Source of the DNA: an uncultured Clostridia bacterium | Lineage (GTDB): Bacteria; Bacillota; Clostridia; Christensenellales; Borkfalkiaceae | Reading direction: 5' to 3' | DNA length: 64,000 nt | Assembly (NCBI GenBank): GCA_949878885.1 | Contig: CATLBN010000002.1 | Location: forward strand, 18,774 to 82,773 | Shown here: positions 55,061 to 64,000 of the stretch, in pieces | How positions within the stretch are numbered: the stretch's first letter is position 1 | How the letters are laid out: each line of letters opens with the position of its first letter | Translations under genes and position numbers: made by a program | Notes under the pieces: model-generated | Told to the model about the DNA's origin: nothing | Seen by the model: the letters and a program-made list of their open reading frames with translations, nothing else | Databases searched by the model: none

Positions 55061-55552
55061 TTAAATCTTTTTAATTTCCGCCAGCGCGCTCTTTAAAAAC
55101 GCTTCGGCAGTGCTGTCTTTGCGCACGGCGTTCAAAGCTTCTTCAAAAGAGAACCATTTAACTTCTTCAATTTCGTTTTCGTCAAGTACGGGGTCGCCGT
55201 CCTCTGCAACCAAAATAAAATTGAGCATAAGTATGTCTTTGGGTTCGTGATACCTTGACGACATATATTTGAATTTAACGGTGTTAAGTTTGGTTTCCTC
55301 TTTAAATTCGCGAGTTACCGCTTTTTCTGCGGTTTCGCCTTTTTTAACGTAACCGGCAAACAGAATATAATCGTCTTGGTCAACGTGTTTTGCAAGTAAA
55401 ATTTTATCTTTTGCACGGTTGGTTACAACCATACATACGGCTGTGGGAAATTGCGCAAAGCGGAACTTTCCGCAGTTTTTGCAATAGGGTACCAAGCCTT
55501 CGCCGCTTGCGAACATTAAAGTAGTTTTTTCTCCGCACTCAGTACAAAACAT
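55061..55552 (-). CDS. NUDIX hydrolase with N-terminal zinc ribbon (NudC-like architecture)
   Basis: 163 aa from ATG 55552 (AGGAGG 6 nt upstream). CTECG...CKNCG zinc ribbon. NUDIX box GYVKKGETAEKAVTREFKEETKL. Confidence 0.85.
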   Translation of the reverse strand: MFCTECGEKTTLMFASGEGLVPYCKNCGKFRFAQFPTAVCMVVTNRAKDKILLAKHVDQDDYILFAGYVKKGETAEKAVTREFKEETKLNTVKFKYMSSRYHEPKDILMLNFILVAEDGDPVLDENEIEEVKWFSFEEALNAVRKDSTAEAFLKSALAEIKKI

Positions 55553-55646
55553 ATAATCCCTCCTAATCATTTAATTATTCTAACGTTTATATTATATATT
55601 ATTGCTTTGCAATTTTCAATACATTCGCGCAATTTTCATAAAAATA

Positions 55647-55675
55647 TTGACTTAGTTTTCACATTCCTATATAAT
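55647..55675 (+). promoter_or_regulatory. sigma-A promoter upstream of the UDP-sugar pyrophosphorylase gene
   Basis: TTGACT (55647-55652), 17-nt spacer, TATAAT (55670-55675). Confidence 0.55.
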
Positions 55676-55740
55676 AATAGTATTATAAATAAGGAAAACC
55701 GACGGCTGAATTTGTTTTAGCTGTTGTTAATAAAATATAA

Positions 55741-56970
55741 ATGAATAAAATTACATACGAAAGGGCAAAAATTTATCTTACAGAACGCGGACAGGAACAT
55801 CTTTTAAAATATTATAAAGAGCTTTCCAAAGAAGAACGCGATTTGCTTTTAAGCGACATAGAATCGGTCAATTTCAATATATTAAAAAACATAAACGCCA
55901 AACCGCATAAACCGCGCGGGAAGATAACGCCGCTTACAAGCGCCGTATCGGTGGAAGCTATCCGCCGCCGCCGTATTCAATTCGAAGCGGTTGGTTTAAA
56001 TATTTTGTCGGAAGGAAAAGTTGCTGCGGTGCTGCTTGCGGGCGGTCAGGGCTCGCGTTTGGGTTTCGACGGACCCAAGGGCACGTTTAATATAGGCGTA
56101 AGCAGAGAACTTTCTATTTTCGAACAGCAAATGGATAACATACGCGCTGTAACGTCGCTTTCAGGCAGATGTTTTCCGCTGTTTATAATGACAAGTAGCG
56201 TAAACAACGCGGATACGGTTAAATTTTTTGAAAATCACAATTATTTCGGCTATCCGCGCGACAGAGTATATTTTTACGTTCAAGACGTTGCTCCCACTTG
56301 CGACTTTAACGGCAAGGTTTTTTTAGACAGCAAGTGCCGCGTATCGCTTGCGCCAAACGGCAACGGAGGTTGGTATTCTTCGCTTGTAAACAGCGGTTTG
56401 GGCAGAATATTGGAGCGCGAAGGAATAGAGTGGCTTAACGTTTACAGTGTAGACAACGTATTGCAAAAAATTTGCGACCCGGTGTTTATTGGCGCTACGG
56501 TGCTTACGCGCTGCCGCTGCGGTGCAAAAGTGGTTAAAAAAGTATCTCCCGAAGAAAAAGTAGGCGTTTTATGCCTTGAAAACGGCAGACCGGCTATTAT
56601 GGAATACTTTGAAATGCCCGACGAGTTAAAATATAAAACCAAAAAGGGCGGGCTGGTGTACGGTTACGGAGTAACGCTTAACTATCTTTTTAACGTACAC
56701 GATTTAAATTTAACGCTTAACGGCAGACTGCCGTATCATCTTGCCGAAAAGGCTATTGCTCATATGAGCAACGGAGAACGCGTAACGCCTTCAAAACCTT
56801 GCGGTTATAAGTTTGAAACGCTTGTTGTAGATATGGTAAATATGATGGGCAGCTGTTTGGCTTTTGAAGTGGAAAGAGAGTGCGAGTTTGCTCCCGTAAA
56901 AAACGCTACGGGCGCGGACAGCGTTGACAGCGCACGCGAACTTTTGCGTAAAAACGGCGTTCATCTTTAA
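55741..56970 (+). CDS. UDPGP-family nucleotidyltransferase (eukaryote-type UDP-N-acetylhexosamine / UDP-sugar pyrophosphorylase)
   Basis: 409 aa. LLAGGQGSRLGFDGPKG signature, APNGNGG, VDNVL motifs. Confidence 0.85.
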   Translation: MNKITYERAKIYLTERGQEHLLKYYKELSKEERDLLLSDIESVNFNILKNINAKPHKPRGKITPLTSAVSVEAIRRRRIQFEAVGLNILSEGKVAAVLLAGGQGSRLGFDGPKGTFNIGVSRELSIFEQQMDNIRAVTSLSGRCFPLFIMTSSVNNADTVKFFENHNYFGYPRDRVYFYVQDVAPTCDFNGKVFLDSKCRVSLAPNGNGGWYSSLVNSGLGRILEREGIEWLNVYSVDNVLQKICDPVFIGATVLTRCRCGAKVVKKVSPEEKVGVLCLENGRPAIMEYFEMPDELKYKTKKGGLVYGYGVTLNYLFNVHDLNLTLNGRLPYHLAEKAIAHMSNGERVTPSKPCGYKFETLVVDMVNMMGSCLAFEVERECEFAPVKNATGADSVDSARELLRKNGVHL

Positions 56971-57003
56971 TTAATACTAGAAAATTTATTAAGGAAACAT
57001 AAA

Positions 57004-58437
57004 ATGAAAAAAATCTTGTGCATTTTAATTACCGTAACTGTTTTTGCCGCCGCTTTGTTTTGCGGCTGCGCGCAAAACGGCGCGTCTACGGTAGATGTTA
57101 CGGTAAATAACAATTTCGCCGCAATGACCGACGAACAATGGCGCGATTATATGAACGGATTGTCCGAAACGGGCGATAACGCTGCAAAACGTCAGGCGGC
57201 AATAAGTCATTCGCTTATGAGCGGAGTTTCTATTTTAACGCGTTTCGAGTATCAAACCGCAGGCTACGTAAAGCAGACTTCAATAGGCGCTTGGGGCGGA
57301 AGCGGACTCAAAAAAATAGGCACGCAAGCTTATCACTTGATTTTTTGCGGCGCAGGAGTAATTGTTGAACTTGATAAAACCACGGGCGACGCGTATGTTG
57401 TAACAAACTGCCACGTTGTTTACGACGATTCGTCTGCAACAAAGATAGCCGACGAGGTATTTCTTTACCTTTACGGCGGCGACACCGACGGCGAAAATTA
57501 CGAAGTGGGCGCAAAATATTGCTCATACGGCGGAAAAACCGTTTATAACGCTAACGGCGACGCGCTTGTGGATTATGATTTAATGGGCATAACCGAAGGC
57601 GAAGGAAACGCAGAATACAGCGTTTACAAACAGTTTTGCATACCTGCGCAAGTGGTGGGCGCTTCGGTTAAATACGATATTGCGCTACTGAAAATTACGG
57701 CGAGCGATGCGCTTAAAAACGGTTCCGCGGCGGTAGCTTCGTTTGCGGAAAGCGACGACGTGTATGCAGGTCAGCCCGTATATGCGGTGGGAAATCCAGA
57801 AGGCGACGGAATGTCGGTTACCTCCGGCGTAATAAGCAAAGAAAGCGAAATTATAGAATTAGGGTTATCGGAAGTTAACAAAGAAGACGTTGATTTTTAC
57901 CGTGTTATCCGTACGGACGCGGCTATAAACGGCGGTAACTCCGGAGGCGGAATGTATAACGACAACGGCGAACTTGTAGGCATTATAAATTCCAAAAGCG
58001 TAAGCGAAGAAATAGACAATATGGGATTTGCGCTTCCCGGCAGCAACGTTAAAAGACTTTGGCCTATTATGAAGGAAGTGTACGAAAGCGGAAATTCATA
58101 TTTTTCGCTGTCCGACCCTTACGTTAAACGCGCCGTGTTCCCTGCCGAGTATAGGGTTGTCGCTTCGTCTTCGCGGCTTGAAAACGGATATGCCATTATA
58201 AATCAAACAATAGCCGTAACAAAAAGCGTTAACGGATTTGAATCGGGCGACGTTTTAAAGAAAATTAAAATTACCGATTCAAGCGGAAAGGTTATAGAAG
58301 AAAAAAATATTACGCGCACCTATAATATAGAAGATACGCTGCTTTCGGCGAGAGAAGGTTATACGGTTTCGTTTACGGTAGACAGGCAAAACGTTTTAAC
58401 CCAAGTAGAATATACGGCAAGTTTAAAAAGAGTTTAA
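57004..58437 (+). CDS. trypsin-like (S1) serine protease lipoprotein
   Basis: 477 aa. Lipobox AALFCGC. Catalytic His context VVTNCHVV, Asp context DIALLKI, Ser context GNSGGGMY. Confidence 0.85.
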   Translation: MKKILCILITVTVFAAALFCGCAQNGASTVDVTVNNNFAAMTDEQWRDYMNGLSETGDNAAKRQAAISHSLMSGVSILTRFEYQTAGYVKQTSIGAWGGSGLKKIGTQAYHLIFCGAGVIVELDKTTGDAYVVTNCHVVYDDSSATKIADEVFLYLYGGDTDGENYEVGAKYCSYGGKTVYNANGDALVDYDLMGITEGEGNAEYSVYKQFCIPAQVVGASVKYDIALLKITASDALKNGSAAVASFAESDDVYAGQPVYAVGNPEGDGMSVTSGVISKESEIIELGLSEVNKEDVDFYRVIRTDAAINGGNSGGGMYNDNGELVGIINSKSVSEEIDNMGFALPGSNVKRLWPIMKEVYESGNSYFSLSDPYVKRAVFPAEYRVVASSSRLENGYAIINQTIAVTKSVNGFESGDVLKKIKITDSSGKVIEEKNITRTYNIEDTLLSAREGYTVSFTVDRQNVLTQVEYTASLKRV

Positions 58438-58450
58438 TTTATATAAAAAT

Positions 58451-58491
58451 AAAGCGGAGCGCCCGAATTTCGGCGCTCCGCTTTATTTTTT
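58451..58491. terminator. bidirectional terminator between the protease gene and metA
   Basis: 13-bp stem aaagcggagcgcc/ggcgctccgcttt (58451-58463 / 58472-58484) followed by attttttg. Confidence 0.85.
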
Positions 58492-58499
58492 GCATAAAA

Positions 58500-59423
58500 C
58501 TATTTTTCTATTTTATTAATATCAAACGGCGTTACTTGATATACGTAGTAATTAAGCCAGTTTATGTAAAACAAATTGGCGGTAGAAGACCAGTTCATTT
58601 TAACTTCGCTGTGATTTTTATCTGTAAAATAATTTACGGGCGGTTTAATATCCAAACCCCTGGCAACGTCGCGTTCGTATTCGTTTTTAAGCGTTTCTCT
58701 GTCGTATTCCATATGCCCCGTAACAAACACCTGTCTGTTGTCAACGCTTTTAATAACGGAAGCTCCTGCGCGTTTGGAATAGGCTAATATTTTAAGCTTG
58801 TCTATATGCAGAATATCTTTGGCGTAAATAACCGTATGACGGGAGTGCGGCATATGGAATTCGTCCGAAATTCCGCGCATAAGCGGTTCTATAACGCCGT
58901 CGCGCACGCGTTGGTGCGCAAAAATTCCAAAACATTTTTCTTTTAAATTATGTTTTTTTATTCCGTAAAAATGATACAGCGCCGCCTGTGCGCCCCAACA
59001 GATAAACAGCGTAGAAGTAACGTTGCTCTTTGTCCAATTTAAAATTTCTTCAAGCTCTTTCCAATACGCAACTTTTTCAAACGGCATATTTTCAACGGGT
59101 GCGCCCGTTATTATCATACCGTCGAATTTCCGTGATTTAACTTCTGTAAAAGTTTTGTAAAACTTGTCCAAATGCCCCTTGTCAACGTGGGTTGCGTTAT
59201 AAGACGAGGTTTTAATAAGCGTTATGTTAACTTGCAGAGGCGAGTTTGATAAAAGCCGCATAAACTGTGTTTCGGTAGTTTCTTTTGTTGGCATCAAATT
59301 CAAAATGGCAATCTCTATCGGGCGTATTTCCTGTGTGCAGGCGCGCTCTCTGTCCATTACGAATATGCGTTCTCCCGTTAAAATTTTAAATGCGGGTATG
59401 TCCTTGTCTATAACTATGGGCAT
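58500..59423 (-). CDS. metA: homoserine O-acyltransferase (MetA family)
   Basis: 307 aa. MPIVIDKDIPAF..., ILNLMP, ITGAPVE and ICWGAQAAL motifs. Confidence 0.93.
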   Translation of the reverse strand: MPIVIDKDIPAFKILTGERIFVMDRERACTQEIRPIEIAILNLMPTKETTETQFMRLLSNSPLQVNITLIKTSSYNATHVDKGHLDKFYKTFTEVKSRKFDGMIITGAPVENMPFEKVAYWKELEEILNWTKSNVTSTLFICWGAQAALYHFYGIKKHNLKEKCFGIFAHQRVRDGVIEPLMRGISDEFHMPHSRHTVIYAKDILHIDKLKILAYSKRAGASVIKSVDNRQVFVTGHMEYDRETLKNEYERDVARGLDIKPPVNYFTDKNHSEVKMNWSSTANLFYINWLNYYVYQVTPFDINKIEK

Positions 59424-59455
59424 CGGTTTACAATCCTTTTAAAATAAAATTAAAA

Positions 59456-60727
59456 TCAAACTTTTTCAAGCGCCTGCGCAAGGTCTTCAATAATATCTTC
59501 GGCGTTCTCTATACCAACGGAAAGCCTTATAAGATTATGCGGAACGCCCGCGGCTTTTAAATCCGATTCCGAAAGCTGCCTGTGAGTGGTGGAAGCAGGA
59601 TGCAAAACGCAGCTTCTAACGTCCGCTACGTGCGTTTCCTGTGTTATAAGATTTAAAGCTTCCATAAACGCGGCGCATTTATCAACGCTTCCCTTAATTC
59701 CGAAGCTCATCATACCGCCCTGACCGTTGGGCATATATTTTTGCGCAAGTTTATGATAGCGGTTGTTTTTAAGCGAAGGATGGTTTATCCATTCGATTTT
59801 GGGGTGCTCTGATAAAAATTTTGCAATTTTTTCGGCGTTTTTACTGTGGCGTTCCATTCTGAGAGCAAGCGTATCGCAGCCTATAAAAGATATAAACGCG
59901 TTTTGCGGACTCATAATCGCGCCCATATCGCGTATCATCTGTGCGCGGCACTTTGTTCCGAAAGCCACGGGCAAATCCGCGTAAACCAAGCCGTGATAGC
60001 TTTCGTCAGGTTTATTAAAAGATTGATACCGCGCATTGTTTTTAAAATTGAAATTTCCCAAATCGACAATAACGCCGCCTAAAGCCGCCGCGTGTCCGTC
60101 AAGATATTTTGTTGACGAATGAATAACCAAATGTGCGCCGAACTCCTTGGGGCGGCAAAGCGCGGGGGTTGCAAGCGTGTTGTCAACTGCAAACAAAACG
60201 TTATGTTTTTTTGCTATTCCTGCAATTTTATCAAAATCCAAAACAACAATCGCAGGGTTTGCAACCGTTTCGGTAAAAATCATTTTTGTATTGCCGTCAA
60301 TAAGTTTTTCAATTTCCTCGGCAGGTGCGTCAGGGTTGAAAAATCTGCACTCTATTCCTAATTTCGGCAGGGTAATTGCAAATAGATTATATGTTCCGCC
60401 GTATATTGCGGAAGAAGAGACTATGTTGTCGCCGGCTCCTGCAACAGTAAATACCGCCAAAGTGGTGGCGGACATTCCCGAAGCGCAGCCTATTGCGCAA
60501 ACGCCGTTTTCCAAAGCCGCAACTTTGCCCTCAAAAGCCGCAACGGTGGGGTTTGAAAGTCTGGAATAAAAATATCCGTCGCTTTTCAAATCAAACAAAT
60601 CCGCCATATCTTTGGTTTTTTCGTAGTAGTAAGTGGTGGATTGGTATATAGGCGGAATACGAGATTCGCCCGTTTTGGGCGTGTAGCCTGCCTGCACGCA
60701 AAGAGTATCAAGCTTGTAATTTTTCAT
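59456..60727 (-). CDS. metY: O-acetylhomoserine aminocarboxypropyltransferase / sulfhydrylase (PLP-dependent)
   Basis: 423 aa. Cys/Met-metabolism PLP family. PLP-lysine context HSSTKYLDGH. Confidence 0.92.
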   Translation of the reverse strand: MKNYKLDTLCVQAGYTPKTGESRIPPIYQSTTYYYEKTKDMADLFDLKSDGYFYSRLSNPTVAAFEGKVAALENGVCAIGCASGMSATTLAVFTVAGAGDNIVSSSAIYGGTYNLFAITLPKLGIECRFFNPDAPAEEIEKLIDGNTKMIFTETVANPAIVVLDFDKIAGIAKKHNVLFAVDNTLATPALCRPKEFGAHLVIHSSTKYLDGHAAALGGVIVDLGNFNFKNNARYQSFNKPDESYHGLVYADLPVAFGTKCRAQMIRDMGAIMSPQNAFISFIGCDTLALRMERHSKNAEKIAKFLSEHPKIEWINHPSLKNNRYHKLAQKYMPNGQGGMMSFGIKGSVDKCAAFMEALNLITQETHVADVRSCVLHPASTTHRQLSESDLKAAGVPHNLIRLSVGIENAEDIIEDLAQALEKV

Positions 60728-60749
60728 AATATATCCTCTCTTTGTAAAA

Positions 60750-61208
60750 TTAATTATTATATTCTTTAAGCTGCCGTTCTAGCGCGCGCTTTTGGTCGCG
60801 TTCGGCAACGGTGCGTTTTTTATCGTAATTCTGTTTGCCCTTGCAAAGCGCAATTTCCGCTTTTACAAGACTGCCCGAAAAATACAGCGAAAGCGGTATA
60901 AGAGTAAACCCTTTTTCGTTTATTTTTCCTGCAAGCCGGTCTAATTCCCTGCGGTGCATCAAAAGCTTTCTGTCGCGCTTGGAATCTTTTGTGGAAAACG
61001 CTCCAGCCTTGTCGTAAACGGGAATATGCAGGTTTTTAAGCGTAAGTTCCCCGCCGCGCAGCAGGCAGAAGCTGTCTTTAAGGTTGCAGTTGCCTGACCT
61101 AAGCGCTTTTACTTCCGCGCCTTCCAAAACTATTCCCGCCTCAAATTTTTCAATTACGAAGTATTCGTACAAGGCGTATCTGTTGTACGCAATCTGTTTC
61201 ATTTTCAA
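60750..61208 (-). CDS. smpB: SsrA-binding protein SmpB
   Basis: 152 aa. ...EAGIVLEGAEVKALR..., RDRKLLMHRRELDRL and a basic C-terminal tail. Confidence 0.95.
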   Translation of the reverse strand: MKMKQIAYNRYALYEYFVIEKFEAGIVLEGAEVKALRSGNCNLKDSFCLLRGGELTLKNLHIPVYDKAGAFSTKDSKRDRKLLMHRRELDRLAGKINEKGFTLIPLSLYFSGSLVKAEIALCKGKQNYDKKRTVAERDQKRALERQLKEYNN

Positions 61209-61234
61209 CCTATATTTTAAACTTTTTTTAAGCG

Positions 61235-63211
61235 TTATGCAAGCATAAACAGCACTTTCATTCTGCCTAAATCGCAGTCGGCAACTTCTACTTTAACGCT
61301 GTCGCCCAATTTAAAGCTTTTGCGCGTGCCTTTAAGCATAAATTTTTCGGCAAAAAGCTCGTATCTGTCGTTCGGCAAATCTTCATACGGAACAAGCCCT
61401 TCAATTCCGTTTTCAAGTTCGCAGTAAACTCCGTGTTTGGTAACGCCCGAAACAACCGCGCCGTAAATTTCTCCCAAATGCTCCGACATATATGCAAGCT
61501 TATACAAATCGTCTACTTTTCTTTCGGCTTCGTCGGCAACGCGCTCTCTGTCGGAACAGTGCGCCGCGTATTCGCTTGCCGTATATAAAAGCTTTTGGGC
61601 AGCTTTTGCGTTGTTTTCCAAAACGCATTTAACTGCTCTGTGCACAAACAAATCCGGATAGCGGCGGATGGGAGAGGTAAAATGACAGTAACAGTCCGAA
61701 GCAAGTCCGAAGTGCCCTGCGTTTTCCTGAGAATACCTTGCCTTTTGCATTGTTCTCAGCATAACTTTATTTATTTGGGAATAGAACGGCTTGTCCTCGG
61801 CAAGCTTTAATATTTTTTGGAAATCGGCAGGGGAAGTATCGTCTGTTCCGCCGCTTGCGTTTACACCCAAATCCCGTAAAAACGAATAAAAGTTTTCAAC
61901 TTTTTCCGCCGTAGGTTTTTCGTGAATACGGTAAAGACAGGCGGTTTTGTTTTTTAAAAGAAATTCCGCAACCGCTTCGTTAGCGGAAATCATAAACTGT
62001 TCTATAATTCTCTGCGATATTGTGCGTTCCGCCGTAGGAATAACAATTTCTCCGTTTTCGTCTACGTAAATATGCGCTTCTTTAACGTCTAAATTTACGG
62101 AACCGAGTTTTTCTCGGCGCTTTTCAAGTAAAGTGCAAAGTAATTGCATAGCGTTTACGGTTTGGTATAAATCGCCGTATTTGCGGCATATTACGGGGTC
62201 TTTTAAACAAATTGCCGTAATTTCGGGGTAAGAGGTTTTATACCGCGACCGTATTACGCTTTTAAAAATTCTGTAATTCTGCCGCTCGCCTAACGCGTTG
62301 AAAGTCATTTCGCAAGACATAGCGTATCTGTCTTCGCCTTCGTTCAAAGAACACGCGCCGTTTGACAGCGCTTTGGGCAGCATAGGTAAAACTCTGTCCG
62401 GAAAATACACGCTTGTTCCTCTGGCAAACGCTTCTCTGTCAAGTGCGGTATGCGGTTTAACGTATTCGCTTACGTCGGCTATATGCACGCCCAAAATATA
62501 GTTATCTCCGTCTTTTTCAAGCGAAATAGCGTCGTCTATGTCGCGCGTGTCCTCGCCGTCTATGGTAAATATAAGTTTGTTGCGCAAATCTTCGCGTCCG
62601 TTTAAATAAATATCTTTTTTACAAACGGCGTCGGCTTCCTGCAAAGTTTCTTCGGCAAACTCCGTTGAAAGATTAAAAGCTTTTATTATTGCCGTTTCCT
62701 CGCAGAATAACTCGCCGCTCTCGCCTAAAATTTCTGTAATTTTACCGTCAGGCGCCTTGCCTTTGGGATATTTTAAAATTTCGCAAACAACCTTGTCGCC
62801 GTCTTTTGCTCCGCCTAAGTTTACGCTGTTTACAAAAATATTTGGCTGTTTTAAATTGTCGGGAAATACTATGCCGTTGCGCCTTGAAATTTCAAGCGTT
62901 CCTATAATCCGTTTAAAACCGCGTTCGCATATCTTAATTATCTGAGCTTGATCGTCCGTGCCTTTTACGGGCAAAAATAAAACTTTATCGCCGTCGTAAG
63001 CGCCCATAAGCAAACTGCCGGGCACAAAAAAATCTTTTCCGAACCTGTTTTTATCATCCGGAATAATAAACGCAAAACCTTTATCGCTGCCCTGAACCGT
63101 GCCCGTAAATGCTTTAACGGGGGAGCGGCGGCTGCGGTTTTGCGATTGACGTAAATTTTTTGCGCGTTGATTGGGGCGGACCCTGCCGCGCGGACTTTTA
63201 TTATAACTCAT
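61235..63211 (-). CDS. rnr: ribonuclease R
   Basis: 658 aa. Basic N-terminus, cold-shock-like domains, RNB catalytic domain (DGEDTRDIDDA, HFTSPIRRYPD), C-terminal S1 domain. Confidence 0.94.
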   Translation of the reverse strand: MSYNKSPRGRVRPNQRAKNLRQSQNRSRRSPVKAFTGTVQGSDKGFAFIIPDDKNRFGKDFFVPGSLLMGAYDGDKVLFLPVKGTDDQAQIIKICERGFKRIIGTLEISRRNGIVFPDNLKQPNIFVNSVNLGGAKDGDKVVCEILKYPKGKAPDGKITEILGESGELFCEETAIIKAFNLSTEFAEETLQEADAVCKKDIYLNGREDLRNKLIFTIDGEDTRDIDDAISLEKDGDNYILGVHIADVSEYVKPHTALDREAFARGTSVYFPDRVLPMLPKALSNGACSLNEGEDRYAMSCEMTFNALGERQNYRIFKSVIRSRYKTSYPEITAICLKDPVICRKYGDLYQTVNAMQLLCTLLEKRREKLGSVNLDVKEAHIYVDENGEIVIPTAERTISQRIIEQFMISANEAVAEFLLKNKTACLYRIHEKPTAEKVENFYSFLRDLGVNASGGTDDTSPADFQKILKLAEDKPFYSQINKVMLRTMQKARYSQENAGHFGLASDCYCHFTSPIRRYPDLFVHRAVKCVLENNAKAAQKLLYTASEYAAHCSDRERVADEAERKVDDLYKLAYMSEHLGEIYGAVVSGVTKHGVYCELENGIEGLVPYEDLPNDRYELFAEKFMLKGTRKSFKLGDSVKVEVADCDLGRMKVLFMLA

Positions 63212-63221
63212 AAATTTGCTT

Positions 63222-63254
63222 CAAAAAAATAAGCGGCTTAAATCCTAAGCCGCC
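63222..63254 (-). terminator. rho-independent terminator between secG and rnr
   Basis: Stem gcggctta/taagccgc (63233-63240 / 63246-63253). On the minus strand it is followed by ttattttttt. Confidence 0.7.
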
Positions 63255-63271
63255 TGTGTATCTTAATTTAA

Positions 63272-63571
63272 TTACGGAACCAACAACTGAACCACATAAA
63301 CGATTATGGAGAGAACTGCGATAACCGCAAGTAAAATCCAAGACCATTTTTTAAGTTTGCTTTCTATCGAACGTCCTCTGTTTTTGCCGAAGAACGTTTC
63401 GCTTGAAGCAGTGATTCCCTGAATACCGTCGGAATTGCTCTTTTGCACCAAAACCACAATAATGGTTACAAGCGCCGCAAGAAAAATAAGAATAAGGCAG
63501 GTTATATCAAGCGTTAAGTACGCATACCACTGACCGTTGTTCATACCGGCCGCCATCATAGCGGTAATCAT
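63272..63571 (-). CDS. secG: preprotein translocase subunit SecG
   Basis: 99 aa, two TM helices with a Gly-rich connecting loop (QKSNSDGIQGITASSETFFGKN). Conserved secG-rnr-smpB synteny. Confidence 0.85.
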   Translation of the reverse strand: MITAMMAAGMNNGQWYAYLTLDITCLILIFLAALVTIIVVLVQKSNSDGIQGITASSETFFGKNRGRSIESKLKKWSWILLAVIAVLSIIVYVVQLLVP

Positions 63572-63660
63572 AATTTGTACCTCTTAAATAAATTTACTCA
63601 AAAAGTATATCACAGCAAATAACTTTTTTCAATCAAAAACGGGGGTGTTTTTTAAATTTT

Positions 63661-63999
63661 TTATGTTTTATTATCCGTATTTTCGTCGCTTGGCTCTTCG
63701 GTTCGGTCGGCTTGTTCGCATAAATCGGCAGCGTCTGCGTTTTTCCGCAGTAAAAAACAAGTTTTTCTTTCTCCGAATTTGTTAATTATAAATATCCCTG
63801 CGCAAACCAGCGCAAGCGCAAGCAAAGTAAAAACGCTTAAAAGCTGTTCGCTTTCTCCCAATATCGCCGCAGAAAAAGCCGCGCCGAAAAGCGGATTTGT
63901 GCTTTTAAATACTGCAACTTTAGAAACGGGATTGTATTTAAGCAAAAATCCCTGCAAAGTAAACGCGCAAGCCGATAAAAAAGCAAGGTACAAAAGCAT
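63661..63999 (-). CDS. EamA/DMT-family transporter, C-terminal part only (gene runs off the right edge of the window)
   Basis: 112 aa visible. EamA-type helices (FGAAFSAAILGE...LALALVCAGIFI) and an acidic tail. The reading frame is still open at the window end. Confidence 0.7.
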   Translation of the reverse strand: MLLYLAFLSACAFTLQGFLLKYNPVSKVAVFKSTNPLFGAAFSAAILGESEQLLSVFTLLALALVCAGIFIINKFGERKTCFLLRKNADAADLCEQADRTEEPSDENTDNKT

Positions 64000-64000
64000 A

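Noticed and set aside
60728-60749. tmRNA (ssrA) gene expected downstream of smpB
   Set aside because: Only 22 nt separate smpB from metY, and no tRNA-like acceptor/T-arm sequence appears anywhere in the window.

Overview
Densely coding 64-kb chromosomal segment (about 54 protein genes; I saw no rRNA, tRNA, CRISPR array or recognisable defence system). It looks like a moderately AT-rich, anaerobic, spore-former-type Firmicutes/Clostridia genome, based on the Rnf complex, SpoIIID, DUF1540, Fhs and GlnRS. Layout, left to right: (i) a TnpX/TndX-type large serine recombinase at the window edge, converging on a minus-strand Gx-transporter + rnfCDGEAB operon; (ii) a NitT/TauT-type ABC importer, valS, a membrane-anchored MBL-fold protein and an MFS transporter; (iii) a 14.3-kb, 13-gene, single-strand Wzx/Wzy-type surface-glycan operon (16298-30556). 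It holds a complete five-gene UDP-ManNAc3NAcA module (WbpA/B/E/D/I homologues), an ArnB/WcfR-like sugar aminotransferase next to a small phosphoglycosyl transferase, three further glycosyltransferases (GT2, GT4, WecF/GT56-like), an EpsG-type polymerase, a flippase and an embedded cobalamin-type radical SAM enzyme; (iv) an isolated spoIIID gene with a sigma-E-like promoter; (v) a two-gene tandem-activase/DUF2229 (2-hydroxyacyl-CoA-dehydratase-activator-like) module of unknown substrate; (vi) housekeeping genes: nitroreductase, tkt, phosphohexomutase, proS, metK behind a SAM-I riboswitch, PflX-type radical SAM + ABC-F + membrane protein, glyQS, fhs, glnS, DUF1540, rplI, DUF2207/LemA, NUDIX, UDP-sugar pyrophosphorylase, S1 protease, and secG-rnr-smpB-metY-metA. 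The most interesting items are the B12-radical-SAM enzyme inside the glycan operon, the possibly zwitterionic ECA-like glycan chemistry, the orphan ATP-driven reductase-like module, an RnfG with tandem FMN-binding modules, three operons whose consensus promoters abut the ATG (leaderless candidates), and a Sel1-repeat fragment lying in frame after the fhs stop codon. All calls come from reading the translated ORFs and the DNA by eye; no database search was run.
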